In this document: piece by piece, positions 10,866 through 18,322 of the stretch
How positions within the stretch are numbered: the first letter of the stretch is position 1
How the letters are laid out: every line of letters begins with the position of its first letter
NCBI GenBank assembly: GCA_041675505.1
Contig: JBAYTR010000010.1
Span: forward strand, 67,895-131,894
Length of the DNA: 64,000 nt
Reading direction: 5' to 3'
Source of the DNA: Bacteroidia bacterium
GTDB lineage: Bacteria > Bacteroidota > Bacteroidia > UKL13-3
The notes under the pieces: model-generated
Seen by the model: only the letters and a program-made list of their open reading frames with translations
The model's database searches: none
Told to the model about the DNA's origin: nothing
Made by a program: the position numbers and the translations under genes

Positions 10866-12704
10866 ATGTGTGGAATTGTAGCTTACATAGGTAAGCAGGA
10901 AGCTTACCCTATTCTTATTAAAGGACTTAAACGCCTGGAGTACCGCGGTTATGATAGTGCCGGAGTAGCACTGCTTAATGACGGGATAACGGTATATAAA
11001 AAAGCAGGGAAGGTTTCTGACCTGGAGCAGTCCGTAGGTGGTCAGGACACTACCTCTCACGTGGGCATAGGCCACACACGCTGGGCCACACACGGAGAGC
11101 CTAACGACCGCAACGCACATCCGCACCTTTCTCAGGATGGTGACTTGGCCATTATTCACAACGGTATAATCGAGAATTATGCGCCCTTAAAAGAAGAACT
11201 CATTAAGCGTGGCCACACGTTTAAAAGTGATACCGATACGGAAGTACTGGTGCACCTGATAGAAGACGTAAAGAAAAAAATGGAGGTTTCTTTACAAGAA
11301 GCCGTTCGTATTGCGCTCTCTGAAGTAGTGGGTGCATACGCCATTGTGGTGTTGTCTAAAAACGACAACAACATGCTCATCGGGGCACGCAAAGGCAGCC
11401 CCATGGTGGTGGGTATTGGCAAAGACGGGGAATACTTTATCGCCTCCGATGCTTCACCCATTATTGAGTACACTAAAAACGTTTATTACTTAGACGACAA
11501 CGAAATCGTTTACATCGAAAACGGGGAAATGACCGTAAAAACGATTGACAACGTGGTGCGCACACCATACATCCAGGAACTGGAAATGAACTTGGAGGCT
11601 TTGGAAAAAGGCGGATACGAGCACTTTATGCTCAAAGAAATTTACGAACAACCCCGTTCCATCATTGACAACTTTCGCGGACGCATTCGTTTAAACAACG
11701 CACAAATTGTGATGGCCGGAGTTGACCAGTTTGAACACAAGTTTAAAAACCTGCCCCGCATTCTTATTGTGGGTTGCGGCACCTCATGGCATGCCGGCCT
11801 GGTGGGTGAATACCTTTTTGAAGAGTTTGCCCGCATACCTGTGGAAGTGGAATACGCCTCAGAGTTTCGTTACCGCAATCCGGTGGTAAATGAAAATGAT
11901 TTTGTAATTGCTATTTCACAATCAGGCGAAACCGCAGATACGTTAGCGGCCATTCAAATGGCCAAAGAAAAAGGAGCTACTATTTTCGGGGTATGTAATG
12001 TGGTGGGCTCATCTATTCCAAGGGCTACACATGCGGGAGCGTACACACATGCCGGTCCGGAGATTGGTGTGGCTTCTACCAAAGCCTTTACGGCTCAGGT
12101 AACCGTTTTAACACTGATGGCTTTAAGCATAGCACAAAAACGCGGTACCATTACCCAAAGCCGAATGCGCGATGTACTTACTGAGTTGGAATCCATTCCA
12201 TCTAAGATTGAAAAAGTTCTGCAACTGAATGACTACATCAAAACCATAGCTGAGCAATACAAGGATGCGCGCAACTTCCTTTACCTCGGTCGCGGATACA
12301 ATTTCCCGGTGGCTTTGGAAGGTGCGTTAAAACTGAAAGAAATCTCTTACATACATGCTGAGGGTTATCCTGCTGCTGAAATGAAGCACGGCCCTATTGC
12401 GCTGATAGATGAAGAAATGCCGGTGGTTGTAGTAGCTACCAAAGACAGCATTTATGAAAAAGTAATCAGCAATATACAGGAAGTAAAAGCGCGCAAAGGA
12501 AAAGTAATTGCCGTGGTAACAGAGGGTGATGATAAGGTAAAAGGCATGGCCGATTACGTAATTGAAATACCTGAAGTGGAAGAATCGCTGGCCCCGCTGG
12601 TTACTACCATTCCGTTGCAACTGCTTTCATACCACATTGCCGTAATGCGTGGCTGTAATGTTGATCAACCCCGTAACCTGGCCAAGTCGGTAACGGTGGA
12701 ATAA
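10866..12704 (+). CDS. glmS: Glutamine--fructose-6-phosphate aminotransferase
   Basis: 612 aa. MCGIVAYIG (N-terminal nucleophile Cys), two SIS domains, C-terminal KSVTVE. Confidence 0.95.
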   Translation: MCGIVAYIGKQEAYPILIKGLKRLEYRGYDSAGVALLNDGITVYKKAGKVSDLEQSVGGQDTTSHVGIGHTRWATHGEPNDRNAHPHLSQDGDLAIIHNGIIENYAPLKEELIKRGHTFKSDTDTEVLVHLIEDVKKKMEVSLQEAVRIALSEVVGAYAIVVLSKNDNNMLIGARKGSPMVVGIGKDGEYFIASDASPIIEYTKNVYYLDDNEIVYIENGEMTVKTIDNVVRTPYIQELEMNLEALEKGGYEHFMLKEIYEQPRSIIDNFRGRIRLNNAQIVMAGVDQFEHKFKNLPRILIVGCGTSWHAGLVGEYLFEEFARIPVEVEYASEFRYRNPVVNENDFVIAISQSGETADTLAAIQMAKEKGATIFGVCNVVGSSIPRATHAGAYTHAGPEIGVASTKAFTAQVTVLTLMALSIAQKRGTITQSRMRDVLTELESIPSKIEKVLQLNDYIKTIAEQYKDARNFLYLGRGYNFPVALEGALKLKEISYIHAEGYPAAEMKHGPIALIDEEMPVVVVATKDSIYEKVISNIQEVKARKGKVIAVVTEGDDKVKGMADYVIEIPEVEESLAPLVTTIPLQLLSYHIAVMRGCNVDQPRNLAKSVTVE

Positions 12705-12739
12705 GGTTGGTACCGTTGTGTTTTAAACGGACTACGAAA

Positions 12740-12764
12740 CAGCAGCTACAGTTGTTTAACCAAC
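12740..12764. repeat. Direct repeat, left copy (CAGCAGCTACAGTTGTTTAACCAAC)
   Basis: 23/25 identical to 13199..13223. On the minus strand it reads ..LVKQL*, a duplicate of the yjbR 3' end. Confidence 0.8.
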
Positions 12765-12766
12765 TT

Positions 12767-12906
12767 TTATGTGAATACTCTGTAAACGTCTTTCCTGTGA
12801 GTAATCACAATCAGCCTTATGGTATTGGATGAAATTTTTCAAATATAGTCTTGTCCTTAACATTATTTAAAGACCTTTCAAATGATTTATCAAATTCGAC
12901 AATCAT
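12767..12906 (-). pseudogene. RelE/ParE-family toxin remnant (internal deletion plus frameshift)
   Basis: ATG 12906 overlaps the upstream stop (TAATG). Frame 1 reads MIVEFDKSFERSLNNVKDKTIFEKFHPIP*. A shifted frame then reads IRLIVITHRKDVYRVFT*. These look like the N- and C-terminal ends of a ~90-aa RelE/ParE toxin with the middle missing. Total span is only 140 nt. Confidence 0.55.
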
Positions 12907-13100
12907 TAAGATTTTAATTTTTTGAGGATGGTGGATTTAGGAACAGTTTTTCCGGTCTTAACTTTATCCATTAAGGTTCCCATCATCAAATCCTCAAATT
13001 GCTCATCCTTTACACTCAGAACATCCGCCCCAAGTTTTTTGGCAAGTTCAGACAGGATTTTATTGCTCTGTTTGTCGGCCCTTATAAGAATTGCACTCAT
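12906..13100 (-). CDS. Small putative antitoxin (64 aa)
   Basis: Intact 64-aa ORF (MSAILIRADKQSNKILSELAKKLGADVLSV...) directly upstream of the toxin remnant and translationally coupled to it. The function is inferred from position only. Confidence 0.45.
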   Translation of the reverse strand: MSAILIRADKQSNKILSELAKKLGADVLSVKDEQFEDLMMGTLMDKVKTGKTVPKSTILKKLKS

Positions 13101-13198
13101 GATGTAAAGATATTAAAAATGATTATCAGCGAAAGACTTCAAACATTGTTAGCTAACGGTAGAGGAGAAAAACTCATCCATACTTTTTATTTCCGCTC

Positions 13199-13223
13199 CA
13201 GCAGCTAAGGTTGTTTAACCAAC
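13199..13223. repeat. Direct repeat, right copy (CAGCAGCTAAGGTTGTTTAACCAAC)
   Basis: Overlaps the last codons and the stop (13205-13207) of the MmcQ/YjbR gene. 23/25 identical to 12740..12764. Confidence 0.8.
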
Positions 13224-13546
13224 GCAGCCAGTTGAGCAGGTGCCACTTCGCAATAAGCTGAGGTGAGTGCAGCTGTAAACAGACGCTTGCTTACCTTACT
13301 TAGTTCCACCATGGTCCACCCTTGTTTGCCCCACTTATTGTTTACAGGATACACGATGCTTTTGTCAGCCAGTGAAAACAGGTCCTGATTTATTTCAGAT
13401 AATTTAAGGCAGGCCCTGTTGTTTTTTTCGTCACAGGTGGCAAATATTTTTCCCTTTACCCGAAAGGAAATTTTTTCAAAGTGGGCCGCTTCTGTAGCCT
13501 CAGGAAAAGAAAGTGCAATAGTTCGGAAGGCTGCTAAACTCACCAC
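13205..13546 (-). CDS. MmcQ/YjbR-family DNA-binding protein
   Basis: 113 aa. LSFPEATEAAHFEKISFRVKGKIFA...WTMVEL matches the YjbR/CyaY-like fold family as I recall it. Confidence 0.65.
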   Translation of the reverse strand: MVSLAAFRTIALSFPEATEAAHFEKISFRVKGKIFATCDEKNNRACLKLSEINQDLFSLADKSIVYPVNNKWGKQGWTMVELSKVSKRLFTAALTSAYCEVAPAQLAALVKQP

Positions 13547-13568
13547 GTGAGCAATGGTTCAGTGTGCA

Positions 13569-14180
13569 TTAAAAATTACCGTACGAGAGGAAGAACGAAC
13601 CGTTGGTAACTGTTTTCGACTGGGTACCTGTTTCGTTGTACAACTTACATGTGAAGGTGCCTTTTACATCCACATAGGTATCGCCAAAGATGCTGAACTG
13701 CTGTGTGCTGGTAATGTTAAACGTTGCCCCGCTTTGTGTACCGTTAATGCTGCTCCACACCTGTCCGGTGGCATCTACATGCAAAATTTCTACACCATCG
13801 GTAGTAGGGGTGGAATACATGTAATTTCCGGGAGCAAAATAGGCTACAAAATCAGCATCATCAGGGTAGGCACCCTGAAAGCTCATTTCACCCTTGTATA
13901 TGCTCACACCTCCTACGGTATTGTCAGAAAAAATATTGGAATAATAGTAAGCGGTAGAAAACTCAGGCAACGGGCGGGTTTCTTTACTGGAGCCGGCTGC
14001 TTGTTCAAAACCGTTTTTTCCGTCAGTGTAGGTGAGGGAACTGCCATCTACGGTAAGGGCAACATTATATCGGTTGGGAGTAGGAGTTGGGGTGGGTGTA
14101 ACGTTGTTATCATCATCGTCTTTTTTACAACCGGTAAACGCCAAAGCCAAAAGAGCTGCAGCAAAGAATAAATTTTTCAT
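13569..14180 (-). CDS. Hypothetical lipoprotein
   Basis: 203 aa with MKNLFFAAALLALAFTGC lipobox. No family recognised. Confidence 0.5.
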   Translation of the reverse strand: MKNLFFAAALLALAFTGCKKDDDDNNVTPTPTPTPNRYNVALTVDGSSLTYTDGKNGFEQAAGSSKETRPLPEFSTAYYYSNIFSDNTVGGVSIYKGEMSFQGAYPDDADFVAYFAPGNYMYSTPTTDGVEILHVDATGQVWSSINGTQSGATFNITSTQQFSIFGDTYVDVKGTFTCKLYNETGTQSKTVTNGSFFLSYGNF

Positions 14181-14357
14181 ACGTATTAAAATTTAGGTAA
14201 GACAAAAATATACTTTTTGGGATAAAAACCACAGGGAAGTGCAAGTTTTTTGAGGGAGCTGTTGTGTTGCCTTTCTGTTTGATAATTTGAAAGAGACCTT
14301 GTGGTTGCTGTTTGCTGAGCGTTTATTTAGGTAGGGTATTATTTTAGCTATAAGCTA

Positions 14358-14390
14358 CATAAAAGAAAAGCGTAGGCGCAACCTACGCTT
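14358..14390 (-). terminator. Rho-independent terminator closing the island operon
   Basis: Perfect 9-bp stem AAGCGTAGG/CCTACGCTT (14368-14376 / 14382-14390), followed on the minus strand by TTCTTTTAT. It lies 70 nt downstream of the permease stop at 14460. Confidence 0.65.
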
Positions 14391-14459
14391 AGGTTGACCT
14401 CCCATAATTCATACATGTGGCATAATGCTTTATTCAAATCATTATTTGCAAGCTGCTTT

Positions 14460-15242
14460 TTATTTCCATTTCAGAAGTGTCTTTTCAAAAAGATAAATGA
14501 TTCTCGAAAACAAAAGAGCCAAAAGAATTATGCAGATTACAGCAGCCAAAACCAACGAAACATCATAAGTTCCACCAGCTTTAAAAACCCTATGTCCCAA
14601 ACCTTCGTGGGCTGAAATAAATTCGGCAATGAAGGCACCAAGTAAAGCAAAACTAATGTTCAGTTTAAGCGAATTAAAAAGCCAAACCAATGAAGAAGGC
14701 ACGATTAGTTTTGAAAATATCTGCGTCCGTGATGCTCCAAAGGAGTGAAACAGTTTTATTTGTTGAACATCAACTTGTCTTGCACCTTCATAGGATTGAG
14801 TGATTGCAATTACTACTGTTGAAAGTGCAGCCATTATAACCTTTGCATACATACCAGTTCCAAACCACATTATCATCATAGGTGCAATGGAAAAAATTGG
14901 AATTGCTCCAATTGCAATGATGTAAGGTCTTGTCAAGTCAGCAACTCGTTTTGAATACCAAAGGGAAAGTCCGATTGCTGCACCGCAAATGTTGCCAATT
15001 AGAAAACCATAAATCGCTTCCTGTCCTGTAATAAAAATGTCCCTTGGTAAAATACCATTGGAGATGTTTTCAATCAGCGAATGAAAAACTTTGGATGGAG
15101 AAGAAAACAAAAAGAGTTTCTTTTCAGTAGTTGAAATTACAAACTGCCATAACAGCAAGAAAACTGTTAATGGCAACAAACCCAAAATGATACTTATGAT
15201 TTTTCTTTTCATTGTTCGTCTTGCTTTGGAAGTGATTGCCAC
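14460..15242 (-). CDS. ABC transporter permease, NitT/TauT (SsuC/TauC-like) family
   Basis: 260 aa, multi-TM, with an EAA-loop-like FGASRTQIFSKLIVPSSL. Overlaps the upstream ATPase gene by 34 nt. Confidence 0.8.
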   Translation of the reverse strand: MAITSKARRTMKRKIISIILGLLPLTVFLLLWQFVISTTEKKLFLFSSPSKVFHSLIENISNGILPRDIFITGQEAIYGFLIGNICGAAIGLSLWYSKRVADLTRPYIIAIGAIPIFSIAPMMIMWFGTGMYAKVIMAALSTVVIAITQSYEGARQVDVQQIKLFHSFGASRTQIFSKLIVPSSLVWLFNSLKLNISFALLGAFIAEFISAHEGLGHRVFKAGGTYDVSLVLAAVICIILLALLFSRIIYLFEKTLLKWK

Positions 15243-15970
15243 ATTTCAGTAAAGTATTTAGAAAACTTTTGGTCTTGCTTAACTGAAATTGGACTTCTCT
15301 TTTCTACATCAAAAGTTATCTGTAATTCCTTGAATGTTTCGTTTGGCTTGTGATTAAAAATTATTGTCCTATCGCTTACTGTTATTGCTTCATCAATGTC
15401 GTGAGTAATCAGTAAAACAGTTTTGTGATTCTCTTTTGACAAAGCATGTATTTGTGCTTGTAGTTCAAGCCTCGTGTTGTAATCAATTGCTGAAAATGGT
15501 TCGTCCAAAAGCATTATTTCAGAATCTAACATCAGTGTTCTGATAAGAGCAACTTTTTGTCTTTCACCGCCTGAAAGTTGTGAGGGATAACTATGAACCA
15601 AATTTGAGATGCCAAAGCGTTTCAAATACTGCATTACATTTTCTTTTGTTGAGGAATTTATTTTGCCTTGAATTTCAATACCGACAATTATGTTTTGATA
15701 AACTGTTTTCCAAGGGAGCAATAAATCCTTTTGCATCATGTATGCTATTGCAGTTCTCCTGTCTGCAATGTGGTCAAGTTTTACTTCTCCGCTATATTCA
15801 TTGTCAAGTCCGATTATCAAGTTGAAAAGAGTTGTTTTCCCACAACCATTTGGCCCCAAAATGGAAACAAACTCCCCTGAACGAATAGTGAGATTGAGGT
15901 TTTTAAAAACCTCAACGTTACCCGTTGGAGTGCTAAATGACTTGGTTATGTTTTTTAACTCAATGTTCAT
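15209..15970 (-). CDS. ABC transporter ATP-binding protein (SsuB/TauB-like)
   Basis: Walker A GPNGCGKTT, signature LSGGERQ, Walker B MLLDEPFSAID. Confidence 0.85.
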   Translation of the reverse strand: MNIELKNITKSFSTPTGNVEVFKNLNLTIRSGEFVSILGPNGCGKTTLFNLIIGLDNEYSGEVKLDHIADRRTAIAYMMQKDLLLPWKTVYQNIIVGIEIQGKINSSTKENVMQYLKRFGISNLVHSYPSQLSGGERQKVALIRTLMLDSEIMLLDEPFSAIDYNTRLELQAQIHALSKENHKTVLLITHDIDEAITVSDRTIIFNHKPNETFKELQITFDVEKRSPISVKQDQKFSKYFTEMWQSLPKQDEQ

Positions 15971-17514
15971 TAGTGCTTGACAATTTCCTTTTGTGCATTT
16001 GTAACTCTTGATTTTGCAAATGTCGCTTTAGAATAAATTTGATTAAATATTTTATAGCAATATGTTTCTTCTTTATCTCTCAAGGAAAATTGAGAATTGT
16101 TTTTTTGAATGTTTTGATATTCTTCTTCACTCAAATTGTTGTTTGCAAATTCATGTAGCAAACCCTTTCCTCTTTCAACGCCTCCAATTCCAGCCCCTTC
16201 CATCAAAGTCATTTTCTCTCTCGAATAAATGTAGTCAGGCAATAAATCTTTAAATGCTTCTCTCAAAACAAACTTTGTTGTTGTATCTCCTGTTTTTGTC
16301 TTTGCCACTTTTAAAGACGGATGAATGCTCAAAGCATATTCAACTAAAGTTCTGTCAAGAAAGGGTTCACGAACTTCAACGGCATATTTCATTCCTGTTT
16401 TGTCAACTCTCAAAAGTTGTGTCCTGTATAAATCGTTTAGAAGATTTTTAATTTCATTTTGAAATTCTGTTTCATCAGGAAGGGAAAGAAAATCACCATA
16501 GCCGCCAAATATTTCATCGCTGCCCTCGCCACACAAAACAATTTTGAAACCTTTGTCGTGTGCTAACTCTGCCAATTTCATTGAAAGTAAAGAGCCACGA
16601 ATAGGATTTGGTTCAAATGTCTCAATGGAATAAATCACATCAGGAACATTTTGAAGCAAATTTTCTTTGCTTGTTTTAATATGATGAAACTTCAAATTCA
16701 AATCATTGCAAAGTCGCTTTGCATAAATCACGTCTTCGCCTGAATCTTCACCGACAATTAAAGCTGTAACATCATTGTGATAACTGCAACACAATAAATG
16801 AACTATTGAACTGTCAATGCCACCACTTAAAAAAGTAGCAATAGGCAAATCTGTTTCAACTCTTTTCTTTACAGCCAATTCAACAAGTTCACGAACATTA
16901 TTTGTAATTGTGCTTACTGAATCAGTATTCCATTTTGTGCTTGGCGTTTTATAATACTGGAAAACTCCTTCATTGGTTATGTAGTGTGCTGGTTTAAGTT
17001 CTTCAAATGTTTCTACTTCCAAATCAGTAAAGGATTTCATTTCAGAAGAAATATAAACTACATTCTCACTCTTGCAGTAGAAGAATGGTTTCACTCCAAA
17101 AAAATCTCTTGCTCCGAAAAACTTATTTTGAACGGAATCATAAATTAGAAATGCAAACATTCCTTCTAACTGCTGCAAGAAATTTATTCCGTGTTCTTCA
17201 TAAAGATGAACCAAAACTTCTGTGTCGCAATCTGAAATAAACTTGTGTCCTTTCATTTGCAATTCTGATTTCAAATTTTTGTAGTTGTAAATCTCACCGT
17301 TAAAAACAACTCCTATTGTTTTGTTCTCATTGAAAAAAGGTTGTGTGCCATTTGGTCTGTCAACTATTTTAAGGCGAACACTTCCTAAGATTGAATTTCC
17401 TATTTGAACTTGTTTAGGTGCAGTATCTCCCCGATGCTCAATTTTTTTGAGCATAAACTCCATTTCTGTTTTGCCTTTTGGAGTAGGATTAATAATTGCT
17501 GCGATACCACACAT
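15970..17514 (-). CDS. Asparagine synthase (glutamine-hydrolysing)-family enzyme, AsnB-like
   Basis: 514 aa. MCGIAAII (class II amidotransferase Cys2) plus PP-loop FLSGGIDSS. Its stop and start overlap the ATPase gene by 1 nt. Confidence 0.8.
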   Translation of the reverse strand: MCGIAAIINPTPKGKTEMEFMLKKIEHRGDTAPKQVQIGNSILGSVRLKIVDRPNGTQPFFNENKTIGVVFNGEIYNYKNLKSELQMKGHKFISDCDTEVLVHLYEEHGINFLQQLEGMFAFLIYDSVQNKFFGARDFFGVKPFFYCKSENVVYISSEMKSFTDLEVETFEELKPAHYITNEGVFQYYKTPSTKWNTDSVSTITNNVRELVELAVKKRVETDLPIATFLSGGIDSSIVHLLCCSYHNDVTALIVGEDSGEDVIYAKRLCNDLNLKFHHIKTSKENLLQNVPDVIYSIETFEPNPIRGSLLSMKLAELAHDKGFKIVLCGEGSDEIFGGYGDFLSLPDETEFQNEIKNLLNDLYRTQLLRVDKTGMKYAVEVREPFLDRTLVEYALSIHPSLKVAKTKTGDTTTKFVLREAFKDLLPDYIYSREKMTLMEGAGIGGVERGKGLLHEFANNNLSEEEYQNIQKNNSQFSLRDKEETYCYKIFNQIYSKATFAKSRVTNAQKEIVKH

Positions 17515-17518
17515 TTTA

Positions 17519-18322
17519 TTATTTTTGTTCTTCTTTATTAAAATTTGAAAACCAAGGTCTGCTTCTTATTCCTTTACGAAAAGAGTAAATCTGTAAACTC
17601 GGAAGGTCGGGGGCAATCAATTCTTTTTCTTCATCCGATGTGTATGTGAGAAAAACATTTTGAAAAAAATTCTTTTCTACATACTGCTTTTCAATTTGAT
17701 TCATTGTAATGTAAGCATATGCCGATTCATCAGTTGAATTAAAACGCAAGTCGCCAAAAATTTGATTGTTTGAATATCTGTAAGAATGTTTACCTGCTGA
17801 TTTTTTTAAAAGTTCAAATGATTCTCTACCTTTTAAAAACTCTGGTATGTTATGACTTCCATTCTCATTTATAATTGCATTGATTAATGCATTCATGTCT
17901 TTTAAGTGATGTGATTTTGCAAAAGGCATTAGCACTTCGGACATGAGAACATGTGTGTAATTGAATTCATTTACAACGTTTCTTATCCCTTTGAAATAGC
18001 TTTTGTAATCTTCGGGCTTATAGCCATTAAGCATTGCATGTGTGTCAGTAAAAATTAATGTTAGCTGAGCATCCAATTTGTAATGCTTTTCAATAACTCG
18101 CAGAAAACCGAAAAGATTTAGCAACGCATCAAAGTCGTATTTGTCGGGGTACTTTTTATCGGATGCGCCCCAATATGAAATGAAACGAATATATTTCTTG
18201 TTATGCTTTACTCTTTCATTAACATACTTATCTAACTCCGCAATTTGTTTCTTGCGAACCTCAATCTTTTTTGCTGCTAAAAAAGAGCCGATTGTTTTTC
18301 CGTTTCGCAAATTGCTATTCAT
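17519..18322 (-). CDS. Hypothetical 267-aa protein; possible remote DIT1/PvcA (isonitrile synthase)-like fold
   Basis: The coding call rests on its tight operon position. The function is tentative. YIRFISYWGASDKKYPDKYDFDALLNLFGFLRVIEKHYKLDAQLTLIFTDTHAMLNGY parallels the remembered DIT1_PvcA pattern (PAFPxKS..PDxAE..L..L....I...Y.PGA...I.SDG.VF.DL). LQIYSF...RPWF parallels RLSIH...TPWH. Confidence 0.4.
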   Translation of the reverse strand: MNSNLRNGKTIGSFLAAKKIEVRKKQIAELDKYVNERVKHNKKYIRFISYWGASDKKYPDKYDFDALLNLFGFLRVIEKHYKLDAQLTLIFTDTHAMLNGYKPEDYKSYFKGIRNVVNEFNYTHVLMSEVLMPFAKSHHLKDMNALINAIINENGSHNIPEFLKGRESFELLKKSAGKHSYRYSNNQIFGDLRFNSTDESAYAYITMNQIEKQYVEKNFFQNVFLTYTSDEEKELIAPDLPSLQIYSFRKGIRSRPWFSNFNKEEQK

